Below, piece by piece: positions 25,814-36,148 of a stretch of DNA of 54,536 nucleotides. Under the pieces are notes generated by a model, which worked only from the letters and a program-made list of their open reading frames with translations, made no database searches and was not told the origin of the DNA. Source of the DNA: a virus (taxonomy: Duplodnaviria > Caudoviricetes); the IMG/VR virus record IMGVR_UViG_3300038321_000349, positions 1 through 54,536 of that record. One strand, given 5' to 3'. Both the position numbers and the translations under genes were made by a program. Within the stretch, counting starts at the first letter, position 1. Every line of letters begins with the position of its first letter.

Positions 25814-26665
25814 ATGGAACTGACCTATACCAACGAATCGGGAGAGAAACTGACGCTGCGGCAGACAAAGCCGTTCTTTCTGACGAAGCTCGACGGCGCG
25901 GGAAGCGTCCGCCAGACCGTCAATACATTCCAAGCGCCGCAGCAGGACGGCGCTTTTTTCATCTCCTCCGCGCTGGACATGCGCAACATCACGCTGGAGG
26001 GCACGATTGTTGCGTCTTCTCCCGATGCGGCGTATGAACGAAGAAAACAGTTCCTGCGGATTTTCACGCCAAAGCAAACTGGCACGCTGACCTACCGGAA
26101 CCGGCAGATTGCCTGCGTGGTGGAGGAAGCCGGGTTTACCGCCTCCGGCAGAGAGCGCGCACCGGGCTTTTTCGTCAGTCTGCTGTGTCCCTCGCCCTTC
26201 TTTGAGGCGCTTTCGGAAGTCCGCGCGGAGCTGGCGCGCTGGACGCCGCTCTTTCATTTCATGCTGGAAATCCCGGACGGCGGCGTGGAATTCGGCTCCC
26301 GCCAGCCCAGCCAGATTATCACGGTGGAAAATTCCGGGGATGTGTCCTGCGGGTGCCGGATTGTGTTCCGCGCGCTGGGCGAGGTAGAAAACCCGGAACT
26401 GATGAATGTCTCCACCGGCGAATATGTCCGCCTGAATACCGTCATGACCGCCGGCGAGGAAATCCGCGTCTACACCCATTTTGCGGGCAAGCGCGTGGTG
26501 CGGCTGCAGAGCGGTGAGGAAGTCAGCGTGTTCAGCCTGCTGGACACCGGCTCGACTTTCCTGCAGCTGTCTCCCGGAACGACCACTCTCCGCTACGACG
26601 CGGCGGCGGGCAAGGAACTGCTGGAGGTCAGCCTGTACTACCGCCCGCAGTATTTAGGGGTGTGA
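25814..26665 (+). CDS. Distal tail protein (Dit)
   Basis: Follows tape measure; QDGA, RNITLEG, LLCPSPFF, FLQLSPG. Confidence 0.85.
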   Translation: MELTYTNESGEKLTLRQTKPFFLTKLDGAGSVRQTVNTFQAPQQDGAFFISSALDMRNITLEGTIVASSPDAAYERRKQFLRIFTPKQTGTLTYRNRQIACVVEEAGFTASGRERAPGFFVSLLCPSPFFEALSEVRAELARWTPLFHFMLEIPDGGVEFGSRQPSQIITVENSGDVSCGCRIVFRALGEVENPELMNVSTGEYVRLNTVMTAGEEIRVYTHFAGKRVVRLQSGEEVSVFSLLDTGSTFLQLSPGTTTLRYDAAAGKELLEVSLYYRPQYLGV

Positions 26666-26669
26666 TTTT

Positions 26670-27710
26670 ATGGAACTATATGTTTTTGACGCAAACCGCC
26701 GGCCTGCCGGCGTGGTGGAATCTTTTGAATATCTGCGCTGGACAAGGCGGTACTCCCAGTGCGGAAGCTTTGAACTCAAGGCCATCGCCACGGCGGAAAA
26801 CCTCGCCCTGCTGACGCTGGGGAACATCCTTTGGAAAAGCGGCGGCGAGGAAGCCGGCGTGATTGAATATGCGGAAATCTCGCAGGAGGAAAAAGAGCTC
26901 ATCACCGTCAGCGGACGGTTCGCCGTTTCCTATCTCGCCCGGCGCATCGTATGGGACACGGAAATTCTAAACGGCACGCTTGCCGACTGCGCGGGGCAGT
27001 TAATCAACAACCACCTCATCAATCCGGGCAACACCGACCGGAGGATGGACTTCCTCGCCTATGACGGCGGCGGTCTGTCGGACCCGGTCAGCACGCAGAT
27101 TTCTTACAAGAATCTCATGGACGCGGCGACCGACCTGTGCGAGGCGGCGGACGCCGGCATCAAGGCGGTGTTCTCCCCGGCAGACAGAATCTTCACCGTC
27201 ACGCTGTACAAGGGTGCAGCATCGCAGGCGGTGTTCTCGTGGGAGTATGAGAACCTCACGTCCCAGACCTTCACGAAAAGCGCCTCGGACTATGCCAACG
27301 TGGCGCTGATCGGCGGCGAGGGCGAAGGCGTGGAGCGCGTTTTTGCCGTGTACGGGGAGAGCGAAGGCACTGAGCGCCGGGAGGTGTTTGTGGACGCCAA
27401 AGCTCTGCGCTCCGAGGATTTCGGGGACGAATACACCGCCGCCCTGCTCTTTCAGGGACAGAGCAAGTTAAGCGAACTTGCGATGGCGCAGTCCTTTGAC
27501 GCATCCGTCAATCCCCACGGCAATCTGACCTACGGCACGGATTTTGACCTTGGGCAGACCGTGAAGGTGGTTTCAAAAAAATGGGGCGTGACGCTCGACA
27601 CCCGCATTACGGAGATTGAGGAAAGCTACGACAGCACAGGGCAGAGTCTGGACATCACCTTCGGCAAGGGCGTGCTCACGCTGGCTCAAAAATTAAAACA
27701 GGAAGGGTGA
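26670..27710 (+). CDS. Tail hub protein (ReqiPepy6 Gp37-like)
   Basis: LRWTRRYSQCGSFEL, IGGEGEG, RREVFVDA, YGTDFDLGQTV, RITEIEE. Confidence 0.8.
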   Translation: MELYVFDANRRPAGVVESFEYLRWTRRYSQCGSFELKAIATAENLALLTLGNILWKSGGEEAGVIEYAEISQEEKELITVSGRFAVSYLARRIVWDTEILNGTLADCAGQLINNHLINPGNTDRRMDFLAYDGGGLSDPVSTQISYKNLMDAATDLCEAADAGIKAVFSPADRIFTVTLYKGAASQAVFSWEYENLTSQTFTKSASDYANVALIGGEGEGVERVFAVYGESEGTERREVFVDAKALRSEDFGDEYTAALLFQGQSKLSELAMAQSFDASVNPHGNLTYGTDFDLGQTVKVVSKKWGVTLDTRITEIEESYDSTGQSLDITFGKGVLTLAQKLKQEG

Positions 27711-27714
27711 TACG

Positions 27715-28218
27715 ATGGAGAAAAGCGGATTTTTCAACAGCACCAGCGGCGACCGGATGTACGATGCATCCGATTTCGCGGGGTATTTTGCAAAGCTGGT
27801 GTCCAACGGCATCTTCTACGCCAATGCCGACAATCTGCGCGTGACGCCGGGCGGCGGGCTGTTAGTGAATGTCCTCGCCGGGAACGCATGGATCAACGGC
27901 TATGCGTATGAGAATACCGAAACGCTGAACCTGACGATTGCGGCGGCGGACGGTGTGAATCCCCGCGTCGACCGGGCGGTGATCCGCTGGGACGCGGTGG
28001 CGCGCCAGATTTCCGCGGCGGTGCTGACGGGAACGGCGGCGGCTTCTCCCACCGCGCCATCGCTGACCCGGAGTGACAACATCTATGAGCTGGCGCTGGC
28101 GGATATTGCCGTCGCGGCAGGTGCGGTCAGCCTTGCCAACGGGGACATTACCGATCGGCGGCTGGACACATCTTTGTGCGGCACGGTCAATTCGCTGATT
28201 ACGGCGGTCTATGAATAG
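27715..28218 (+). CDS. Baseplate/tail fibre upper protein
   Basis: SGFFNS..GDRMY.A.DFA.YF, GNAWINGY, YELALADI, ITDRR...CG.V. Confidence 0.75.
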   Translation: MEKSGFFNSTSGDRMYDASDFAGYFAKLVSNGIFYANADNLRVTPGGGLLVNVLAGNAWINGYAYENTETLNLTIAAADGVNPRVDRAVIRWDAVARQISAAVLTGTAAASPTAPSLTRSDNIYELALADIAVAAGAVSLANGDITDRRLDTSLCGTVNSLITAVYE

Positions 28219-28230
28219 GAGGTGGTTTGA

Positions 28231-29934
28231 TTGGCGGATATCAACGGCGTAACCCTGAACGCGGGCAGCGGCCCGACGGTTCACTACACCATCACCTATT
28301 CCAAAAGCCGGCCGAATAACAGCCAGATGACCTACCATTTTACGATTGCGGCGGCGCTGGCCTCCTCCGGCTCCTACATTCACAGCGGCTATGCCCTGCT
28401 CTGCACCATTACCGTCAACGGCTCGTCCGGGCAGGTGCGCATCAAGGCCCCTGACAACGACAACTGGGACGGCACCGCGCCCCGCTACCGCTACGTGACG
28501 GTGACCTGCACCTCGACAAGCGGAAACGCGGCGCAGGGCGTGCGATTCCGGGTGGTGTCGGACGGACGGCTTACCTTGAATTCTGGCGTGATCGACAATT
28601 CCGGCTATACCGTAACCAGCTCCGCGCTTCTGACCACCGCCTGCGGCGCGCCGTCCGCCTGTTCCGTTTCCCCGACGGTGGCGGAAGGCAGTGCCGCGCT
28701 CTCGTGGAGCGGCGCGTCCGGTGGCACGAACAACGCCATTTCCGGCTTTGAAATCCAGTACGGCGATTCCGCCAACAACACCGACTGGGGAAGCTGGACG
28801 GCGCTGAGCACCGTTTCTTCCTCTTCCGGCTCGGGAAGTTCATCGGTTGCGCCGCCCGCTGCGCGGGGGACTTACCGCCGGTTCCGGGTGCGCACGCAGG
28901 GCTCCGCCGGCTCCGGCTACTATTCGGGCTGGAAGGTGTCCTCCAATTCCGTAAGGAAGAATACGCCGCCGCAGCCCGCGGCGAGCTTGGCCGCTTCGCC
29001 TTCCGTTTACAGCACAGGTTCCGTGACCATTTCATGGAGCGGCGCATCCGGCGGCACCAGCCCCATTAAGGGGTACATGCTGGCAAGCAGAACCTCAACG
29101 GACGGCTCCACCTGGACGGCGTGGAACGTGCTGGAGACCTTCGACCTGTCCGCCTCCGGCGGAAACCGAACCGTCCCGGCTTCGGATGTTCCGGGCACCT
29201 ACACCAAATACGGCCTGTGGACCATCGACGCGCTGGACGTGTATTCCAGCGAGCAGGTGTCCAACGCCATCCTATGCGTGGCGGCCGCCTGCGACGAACC
29301 GGTGATCGCGGCACCGAAGAACGGCTCCTCCACCTACAACCCGAATCCCCGCGTGCTGATGACTGCCGGCGCACAGCCCTCCGCACAGGTGGCGCAGGTG
29401 AAAATCGGCGCGGGAGACTGGCGGGACGGCGTGAACAATCCGTCCCTCTTTTCTCCCAGCGGCGAGGTCGGCGGCGGTGCGGCGGTGATGTTCAAGACCG
29501 AAACGCAGACGGCGGGGACAAAAACGCTCACGGTGCGCTGTGTCAATCCCGACTTTGAAGCGCCCAGCGCAGAGATTTCCCGTTCCTTCACGGTACTGGC
29601 GTCCCCTTTTGAGGAGGTTGCGGCCAATGAAACCAAGGTGAAGGCTTCCCACATCACAGCGCTCCGCACCGCCGTCAACACCGTGCGGAACTACTACGGT
29701 CTCGCGCCGGTTTCATGGAGTGAGGAAATCATGGCGGGCAGAACGGAAGTGAAAAACTGGCCGCTTCACATTCTGGAGATCCGCGCCGCCGTGGAACCGG
29801 TGATTGCGCTGATTAACCAATTTGGAGGAGGAACGGGGTTCACTGTGCCGGAACCGGACTGGGAAGAACTCGGCACGGGCAGACCCCGGGCGGCGGTGAT
29901 GAACCAGCTTTCCGAACTGCTTTTGTCGCTGTAG
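28231..29934 (+). CDS. Ser/Thr/Gly-rich tail fibre/receptor-binding protein with FN3-like repeats
   Basis: AGGAGG RBS with TTG start; two SWSGASGGT repeats, YRRFRVR; last tail gene before holin. Confidence 0.7.
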   Translation: MADINGVTLNAGSGPTVHYTITYSKSRPNNSQMTYHFTIAAALASSGSYIHSGYALLCTITVNGSSGQVRIKAPDNDNWDGTAPRYRYVTVTCTSTSGNAAQGVRFRVVSDGRLTLNSGVIDNSGYTVTSSALLTTACGAPSACSVSPTVAEGSAALSWSGASGGTNNAISGFEIQYGDSANNTDWGSWTALSTVSSSSGSGSSSVAPPAARGTYRRFRVRTQGSAGSGYYSGWKVSSNSVRKNTPPQPAASLAASPSVYSTGSVTISWSGASGGTSPIKGYMLASRTSTDGSTWTAWNVLETFDLSASGGNRTVPASDVPGTYTKYGLWTIDALDVYSSEQVSNAILCVAAACDEPVIAAPKNGSSTYNPNPRVLMTAGAQPSAQVAQVKIGAGDWRDGVNNPSLFSPSGEVGGGAAVMFKTETQTAGTKTLTVRCVNPDFEAPSAEISRSFTVLASPFEEVAANETKVKASHITALRTAVNTVRNYYGLAPVSWSEEIMAGRTEVKNWPLHILEIRAAVEPVIALINQFGGGTGFTVPEPDWEELGTGRPRAAVMNQLSELLLSL

Positions 29935-29947
29935 CGGCTGCAAACTC

Positions 29948-29980
29948 AAGCGTTTCCGCTTTGCGCGGGAGCGCTTTTTT
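29948..29980 (+). terminator. Intrinsic terminator
   Basis: AAGCGTTTCCGC-loop-GCGGGAGCGCTT-TTTT. Confidence 0.7.
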
Positions 29981-30014
29981 CATACATACCAAGCAATGAA
30001 ACGGAGGTTTTACG

Positions 30015-30428
30015 ATGAAGGAAATCTGGGTTTGGATTCAGGCCGCGCTGGCCGCAGTCGGCGGTGCGCTCGGCTGGTTCCTCGGCGGGTGGGACGGCTT
30101 TCTCTACGCGCTGGTGGCGTTTGTCGTTCTCGACTATCTGACGGGCGTGCTGTGCGCGATTGCCGACAAACAGCTTTCCAGCGAAATCGGCTTCAAGGGC
30201 ATCTCCCGTAAGGTGCTGATCTTTGCGCTGGTGGGCGTTGGAAATATCATCGACAGCCAGGTGCTGGGCGACGGCGGCGCGGTGCGCACGGCGGTCATCT
30301 TTTTCTACCTGAGCAACGAGGGTGTGTCCATTCTGGAAAACGCGGGGCATCTGGGACTTCCCATCCCCGAAAAACTGAAGGCGGTTCTGGAACAGCTGCA
30401 TGACCGCAGCGACGAGGAGGACAAATAA
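30015..30428 (+). CDS. Holin (phage holin 4 / TcdE-like)
   Basis: GWFLGGWDG, DYLTG, LSSEIGFKGI.RK, NEGVSILEN...GLPIP. Confidence 0.92.
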   Translation: MKEIWVWIQAALAAVGGALGWFLGGWDGFLYALVAFVVLDYLTGVLCAIADKQLSSEIGFKGISRKVLIFALVGVGNIIDSQVLGDGGAVRTAVIFFYLSNEGVSILENAGHLGLPIPEKLKAVLEQLHDRSDEEDK

Positions 30429-30429
30429 T

Positions 30430-31353
30430 ATGAATCTGCACAAACTGCTTCTGACCAACAACGCCTGCTGCAAGGCGGGCAGAACCATCACGCCCCGGGG
30501 CATTATGGTGCATTCCACCGGGGCGGACAACCCCAATCTCAAGCGCTATGTAGGCCCGGACGACGGCCTGCTCGGCAAGAACCAATACAACAACCACTGG
30601 AACACCGACAAACCGGGCGGGCGACAGGTCTGCCCGCACGCCTTCATCGGGAAACTGGCGGACGGCACGATCGCCGCTTACCAGACGCTGCCGTGGAACA
30701 TGCGGGGCTGGCACTGCGGCAGCGGCTTCCAAGGCTCCGGCAATGACACGCACATCTCCTTTGAAATCTGCGAGGACAATCTGACCGACGCCGCGTATTT
30801 CAACGCGGTCTACAAGGAAGCCGTGGAGCTGTGCGTATATCTCTGCAGGCAGTACGGTATCCGCCCGGAGCGGCCGTACCTCATCTGCCACAGCGAGGGG
30901 CATGAGCTGGGCATCGCCAGCAACCATGGCGACGTGATGCACTGGTTTCCGAAGTTTGGCAAGTCCATGGACACCTTCCGTGCGGAGGTCAAGCGCCTGC
31001 TGGAAAACGGCGGCTCGGGAACATCTTCCTCGGCTGGAAGCAAAGCGGTGGACGAGCTGGCGCGGGAGGTCATCCGCGGGAACTGGGGCAACGGCGAAAC
31101 GCGCAGGCAGCGCCTGACCGCCGCCGGGTATGACTATGCCGCCGTGCAGGCAAGAGTCAACAAGATTCTGGCCGGGGAGAAAACGGAACCCACACCGGCA
31201 TATGGAACCTACACCGTGGTCAAGGGCGACACGCTCTGGGGCATCGCCGCCAAAAAGCTCGGCAGCGGCACGAGGTACAAGGAAATTAAGACGCTGAATG
31301 GGCTGAGCTCGGACACCATCTACGCCGGGCAGAAGCTGAAACTGCCGAAATAA
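30430..31353 (+). CDS. Endolysin: amidase_2 + CW_7 + LysM
   Basis: MVHSTG, WHCG, FEICED, ICHSE..H.D (amidase); LAREVIRGNWGNG..R..RL..AGYDYAAVQARVN (CW_7); YTVVKGDTLWGIA (LysM). Confidence 0.93.
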   Translation: MNLHKLLLTNNACCKAGRTITPRGIMVHSTGADNPNLKRYVGPDDGLLGKNQYNNHWNTDKPGGRQVCPHAFIGKLADGTIAAYQTLPWNMRGWHCGSGFQGSGNDTHISFEICEDNLTDAAYFNAVYKEAVELCVYLCRQYGIRPERPYLICHSEGHELGIASNHGDVMHWFPKFGKSMDTFRAEVKRLLENGGSGTSSSAGSKAVDELAREVIRGNWGNGETRRQRLTAAGYDYAAVQARVNKILAGEKTEPTPAYGTYTVVKGDTLWGIAAKKLGSGTRYKEIKTLNGLSSDTIYAGQKLKLPK

Positions 31354-31357
31354 GTGC

Positions 31358-31400
31358 AAAACCCACTGAGGATTCGTTCCTCGGTGGGTTTATTTTTTTT
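31358..31400 (+). terminator. Intrinsic terminator after lysis module
   Basis: AAAACCCACTGAGGA-loop-TCCTCGGTGGGTTT then long T run. Confidence 0.85.
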
Positions 31401-31407
31401 GCCTGTT

Positions 31408-31447
31408 TTCGTCAAAGCGGCGCCTTCACCTCCAGTGGGTAGTGAAG
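31408..31447 (+). promoter_or_regulatory. Conserved ~40 bp element, copy B
   Basis: TTCGTCAAAGCGGCGCCTTCACCTCCAGTGGGTAGTGAAG; matches 1395-1435. Confidence 0.6.
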
Positions 31448-31470
31448 AAAGCTGCTTTGGAGGTTATGTC

Positions 31471-31677
31471 ATGGACAGACTGCAGACAGACGGAACAGTT
31501 CCAACCACGCCGCGCATGACGCAGGAGGCGCTTCAGCGGGAAGCAGACTACGCGCGGGCGCAGAAAATACTCGAATCCATGCGCGGCCGAGGGCTGATTT
31601 CATTGTCCGAATTCGACCAAATCACCGCCCTAAACCGCGAATCTTTCTCCCCCGCGCTGGCGGAGATTATGCCTTGA
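31471..31677 (+). CDS. SHOCT-domain small protein
   Basis: GGAGG RBS; M..RGLISLSEFDQI motif; precedes recombinases. Confidence 0.75.
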   Translation: MDRLQTDGTVPTTPRMTQEALQREADYARAQKILESMRGRGLISLSEFDQITALNRESFSPALAEIMP

Positions 31678-31682
31678 AATCG

Positions 31683-31711
31683 TTGATATAACTCGGATTC
31701 AGAGGTAATAT
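31683..31711 (+). promoter_or_regulatory. SigA-like promoter of recombinase genes
   Basis: TTGATA-17 bp-TAATAT; shares TTG.T-N10-TTCAGAG with the moron motif. Confidence 0.5.
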
Positions 31712-31737
31712 GTCACACTGACCAAGGAGGTGAAAAC

Positions 31738-33309
31738 GTGAAGAAGGTCACGAAAATAGATTCCCGTGCTGTCAACCCGATTGGGGAAAATGAAGCGCCG
31801 AAGCTGCGTGTCGCGGCCTACTGCCGTGTTTCCACCGACAGCGACGAGCAGAAGGAAAGTCTGGAAACGCAGATTCGGCATTATGAATCCTACATCAAGG
31901 CGAATCCCGCGTGGACGTTTGCCGGCGTGTATTCCGACGAAGGCGTCACCGGAACCAAAAAGGAAAAGCGTCCGGAGCTTCTCCGGATGATTGCCGACTG
32001 CGAGGACGGGCGGATTGACTACATCGTCACCAAGTCCATCAGCCGGTTTGCAAGAAACACCGCCGACTGTCTGGAACTGGTGCGGAAGCTGCAGAAACGC
32101 GGCATTTTTATCTATTTTGAAAAGGAAAATCTGGACACCGGCACTATGGAAAGCGAATTCATGCTGTCCATCCTGAGCGGCCTTGCCGCGGAGGAGTCGG
32201 CTTCCATTTCTCAGAATAATAAATGGTCGATTCAGCGCCGGTTCCAAAACGGCACCTATAAAATCACCTGCCCGCCCTACGGCTACGATTCCGTTGACGG
32301 AATGCTGGTCATAAACGAGCGGGAGGCGAAAGTCGTTCGCTTTATCTTTTCGGAAATTCTGTCCGGAAAAGGAACGCCCCAAATAGCCAAAGAATTAAAC
32401 CGCCGCGGACAAAAGGGAAAGACGGGCGGGCAGTGGACATCAACGACCATTCGCGGAATGGTGATGAACGAAAAATATACCGGCGACGCCGTTTTTCAAA
32501 AAACCTATACCGACTCGAATTTCAACCACCGCCGCAACGATGGGGAAAAAGAGAAATATCTGATTTCTAACCATCACGAACCAATTGTCAGCCGCGAGGA
32601 CTTTGAAGCCGCGCAGGCCGTTATCGCTCAGCACCGCAGGGAAAAAGGCATAAAACCGAAGCAGCCGAAGTATGTGAACCGATACCCGTTTTCGGGGAAA
32701 ATTGTGTGCGGACACTGCGGCGGCACGTTCAAGCGCCGTACCCACGCATACGGACGGCACAAAATCGCGTGGTGCTGCGGTACGCACATTACGGATATCG
32801 CCAAATGCCCAGTGAAATACATCCCCGAGTCCACCCTCGAATGCGCCTTCGTTACAATGATGAACAAGCTCATCTTTGCCAATCAGACCGTTCTCAAGCC
32901 CCTGCTGTTCAGTCTGCGTGGGGTAAACGCCGATGACGGCATGGAGCGCATCGGACAGCTCGAAACAAGTCTGGAGGAAAACCGGCGACAGCAGGAGATG
33001 CTGGTCAGTTTGCTGAGCAAGGGGTATCTGGAACCCGCCGTCTACAAGAAAAGCAATAACGAGCTGCTTCGGGAAGCCGAGCGGATTCAGCATCAAAAGG
33101 ATTCCTTTTCCCGTCTTTTGAACTGTGACAGTCAATATCTGACGGAGGTCAGCGAGCTTCTGCAGTACTGCACGAAAGCAAAAATGATGAGGGCGTTTGA
33201 CGGAGAACTGTTCTCCCGCTTTGTGGAGCGGATTCACGTGTATGAACGCGAGAAAATCGGCTTTGAAATGAAATGCGGCATAACGCTGAAAGAAAGGCTG
33301 GTGATTTGA
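31738..33309 (+). CDS. Large serine recombinase 1
   Basis: [27 protein letters not shown], recombinase domain, zinc ribbon CGHCG...C...C. Confidence 0.95.
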   Translation: MKKVTKIDSRAVNPIGENEAPKLRVAAYCRVSTDSDEQKESLETQIRHYESYIKANPAWTFAGVYSDEGVTGTKKEKRPELLRMIADCEDGRIDYIVTKSISRFARNTADCLELVRKLQKRGIFIYFEKENLDTGTMESEFMLSILSGLAAEESASISQNNKWSIQRRFQNGTYKITCPPYGYDSVDGMLVINEREAKVVRFIFSEILSGKGTPQIAKELNRRGQKGKTGGQWTSTTIRGMVMNEKYTGDAVFQKTYTDSNFNHRRNDGEKEKYLISNHHEPIVSREDFEAAQAVIAQHRREKGIKPKQPKYVNRYPFSGKIVCGHCGGTFKRRTHAYGRHKIAWCCGTHITDIAKCPVKYIPESTLECAFVTMMNKLIFANQTVLKPLLFSLRGVNADDGMERIGQLETSLEENRRQQEMLVSLLSKGYLEPAVYKKSNNELLREAERIQHQKDSFSRLLNCDSQYLTEVSELLQYCTKAKMMRAFDGELFSRFVERIHVYEREKIGFEMKCGITLKERLVI

Positions 33310-33741
33310 ATGAGCCACATCCCCTACGGATACCGGATTGAAAACGGGAAAGCCGTCATTGATGAGAAAGCCGCCGAACAGGTGAGGACGCTCTTTGAGT
33401 CCTACCTGTCCGGTGATTCGATGAGTACCGCCGCAGGCAAGGCGGGAATTAAAAGTTTCCACGCCGGAATCGGCAGGATGCTTACAAATGCCCGCTACCT
33501 GGGCGACGGGTTTTATCCCGCAATCATCGACGCTGACACCTTTGCGGCCGCAGAAGCGGAGCGCGCGAATCGGGCGGAAAAGCTGGGCCGTATTCAGAAG
33601 CCGGAAGAACCGGAAAAGGCGGTCTTTCCCACATCTTTTTGCATACGCGAAAGAACGGAGCAGTTAGACGACCCGTTCGAGCAGGCGGAATACGCCTACA
33701 GTCTGATAGAAATGGAGGTAAAAACAGATGGAAGTCAGTAA
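33310..33741 (+). CDS. Small recombinase-domain protein (no catalytic domain)
   Basis: [26 protein letters not shown]; no YxRVS motif. Confidence 0.85.
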   Translation: MSHIPYGYRIENGKAVIDEKAAEQVRTLFESYLSGDSMSTAAGKAGIKSFHAGIGRMLTNARYLGDGFYPAIIDADTFAAAEAERANRAEKLGRIQKPEEPEKAVFPTSFCIRERTEQLDDPFEQAEYAYSLIEMEVKTDGSQ

Positions 33742-35296
33742 AAATATCACGGTCATTCCGGCGCGAAAACACAGGCGCACCGAACCCGGCGAGGAGAAGC
33801 CGAAGCTGCGTGTCGCCGCCTACTGCCGGGTTTCCACCGATACGGAGGAGCAGGCCACAAGCTATGAAACGCAGATTGACCATTACACCGCCTACATCAA
33901 CGGTCACCCAGACTGGACGCTGGCGGGCGTTTTCGCGGATGACGGAATCAGTGGGACCAACACCAAAAAGCGCGACGAGTTCAACCGCATGGTTGACGAG
34001 TGCATGGCGGGTAAAATCGACATGATTGTCACCAAGTCCATCAGCCGATTTGCACGCAACACGCTGGACTGCCTGAAATACATCCGTCAGCTGAAAGAGA
34101 AAAATATTCCCGTTTATTTTGAAAAAGAGAACATCAACACGATGGATTCCAAGGGCGAAGTGCTCTTAACAATCATGGCGTCCCTCGCCCAGCAGGAAAG
34201 CCAGAGCCTTTCTCAGAACGTGAAGCTGGGTCTGCAGTATCGCTACCAGCAGGGACAAATTCAAGTCAACTGCACCCGCTTCCTCGGTTATACCAAGGAC
34301 GAGAACAAGCATCTGGTGGTCGTTCCGGAGGAAGCAGAAATCGTCAAGCGCATCTACCGGGAATACCTTGAGGGTGCCAGTATGCTAAAAATCGCCCGCG
34401 GGCTGGAAGCTGACGGCATTTTAAACGGCGCGGGCAATGTACACTGGCACACCAGCAACATCAGCCAGATTTTACGAAACGAAAAATACATCGGCGACGC
34501 CCTTCTGCAGAAAACCTATACCACGGATTTTCTCACGAAAACGCGCGTCAAAAACCAAGGCATCGTCCCGCAATATTACGTAGAAAACAGCCACGAAGCC
34601 ATTATCCCGCGTGAGATTTTCATGCAGGTGCAGGAGGAGCTTGTGCGCCGGCGGCTGGTGCATAAAAGCCCGAACGGGAAAAACCGGGTGTTCAGCAGCT
34701 GCCACTGCCTGTCGAACATCGTCTACTGCGGCGGCTGCGGGGAGTTTTACCGCCGGATTCACTGGTACAACCGGGGCAAAAAATCGATTGTCTGGCGGTG
34801 CATCAGCCGGCTGGAGAACACCGGCCTGTACTGCGACGCCCGCACCGTGCCGGAAAGCCGGCTGGAGCAGGTGCTGGTCAAAGCCATCAATCGGACGCTC
34901 TGCGACAAGGACGATTTTCTCGAAATCCTGCAGAAAAACATTGAAACCGTCCTTAGCCAAGGGAACGACCAGGCGCTCGCCGACATCGAAAAGCGCTTGA
35001 AGGAACTTCAGGCGGAGCTTTTGAAGCTGGCCGCGTCCAACGCGGATTACGAGAAAGTGGGCAATGAAATCTACCGTCTGCGTGACGAAAAGCAGAAAGC
35101 CCTGATGGAAAGCGCCAACCGCGACGAGGTCAAGAAACGTATCGCCGACATGGGCGTTTTCCTGCGGGAACAGCCTACAAAAATCACGGAATACGATGAA
35201 TCGCTGGTGCGTCGTCTGATTGAAAAAGTCACAGTCTACGAAGGTAAATTCACTGTGGAATTTAAGTCCGGCGTGACGGTGGATGTGGATGAATAA
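33728..35296 (+). CDS. Large serine recombinase 2
   Basis: [32 protein letters not shown]...WRC zinc ribbon, coiled coil. Confidence 0.95.
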   Translation: MEVSKNITVIPARKHRRTEPGEEKPKLRVAAYCRVSTDTEEQATSYETQIDHYTAYINGHPDWTLAGVFADDGISGTNTKKRDEFNRMVDECMAGKIDMIVTKSISRFARNTLDCLKYIRQLKEKNIPVYFEKENINTMDSKGEVLLTIMASLAQQESQSLSQNVKLGLQYRYQQGQIQVNCTRFLGYTKDENKHLVVVPEEAEIVKRIYREYLEGASMLKIARGLEADGILNGAGNVHWHTSNISQILRNEKYIGDALLQKTYTTDFLTKTRVKNQGIVPQYYVENSHEAIIPREIFMQVQEELVRRRLVHKSPNGKNRVFSSCHCLSNIVYCGGCGEFYRRIHWYNRGKKSIVWRCISRLENTGLYCDARTVPESRLEQVLVKAINRTLCDKDDFLEILQKNIETVLSQGNDQALADIEKRLKELQAELLKLAASNADYEKVGNEIYRLRDEKQKALMESANRDEVKKRIADMGVFLREQPTKITEYDESLVRRLIEKVTVYEGKFTVEFKSGVTVDVDE

Positions 35297-35311
35297 GGTT
35301 AAAAGCGAGCA

Positions 35312-35345
35312 AGGCACTCTACGCGAATTTGAACGTAGAGTGCCT
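35312..35345. terminator. Hairpin between convergent genes
   Basis: 12-bp perfect stem AGGCACTCTACG / CGTAGAGTGCCT. Confidence 0.7.
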
Positions 35346-35369
35346 CGCGTTGTTATATTATACTGATAT

Positions 35370-36107
35370 TTATCGTTCATCTTGCTTCAATGCCTTAATT
35401 AGTAACATCATCGGGCGGCGCATTTCATCTGACATGCCTGGAATCTCCATCATGTCATTGCTCGGCATCGCTTCTTCAACGGCTTCCAGCCGGAACCCAG
35501 CATTTATAAGTCCCATCAGTATCTGAGTCAGTGTATGATGCTGTTTTGTAACATTCTGTCCAAGGAAATGAGTAACCCTCTCTCCAGAATAAAAGTAATT
35601 ATCCACAGGCCAATATTGCGGCTTGCCGTTTGAATCATAAATCCAGTCTTGGTTCACTCCCGCTGTAAAAACGGGATGTTCTATATTAAGAAGGAAAACC
35701 CCCTCTGTCTTCAGTGTCCGGTATATCTTTTTGAAAATTTCATCAATGTCTGCAATGTAGTGAAGCACCAAATTTGAAACCACGCAATCGAAAGAATCTG
35801 CCGGATAATCATAATCATCCAGCCCACAGACCCGATAGATGATTTTGGGGTCGGCATTCTTTTCTTTTGCTTCTTGTATCATTTTCTCGCTCAAGTCGAT
35901 GCCCAGCACCTGCTTTGCACCACATTCCACAGCATATTTGCAGTGCCACCCGTAACCGCACCCAAGATCGAGTACGCTTTTGCCGCTTAAGTCTGGAAAC
36001 AAGGCCTTTAACTGATGCCATTCGCCCGCACCAGATAATCCTTGCTGACTTCGTGACATCTTCGCATATTCTTCAAAAAATTGTTTATCGTCATAAATGT
36101 TATTCAT
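35370..36107 (-). CDS. Class I SAM-dependent methyltransferase
   Basis: VLDLGCGYG, GIDLSEKM, FDCVVSNLVLHY; GAGGTG RBS. Confidence 0.9.
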   Translation of the reverse strand: MNNIYDDKQFFEEYAKMSRSQQGLSGAGEWHQLKALFPDLSGKSVLDLGCGYGWHCKYAVECGAKQVLGIDLSEKMIQEAKEKNADPKIIYRVCGLDDYDYPADSFDCVVSNLVLHYIADIDEIFKKIYRTLKTEGVFLLNIEHPVFTAGVNQDWIYDSNGKPQYWPVDNYFYSGERVTHFLGQNVTKQHHTLTQILMGLINAGFRLEAVEEAMPSNDMMEIPGMSDEMRRPMMLLIKALKQDER

Positions 36108-36148
36108 AGTTCACCTCGGTAATTTAAATTTGTCAGCTTGAGTTATTT

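Noticed and set aside
28231-31353. Diversity-generating retroelement or invertible tail-fibre switch
   Set aside because: No reverse transcriptase, no template/variable repeat pair, and no inverted fibre copies were seen.
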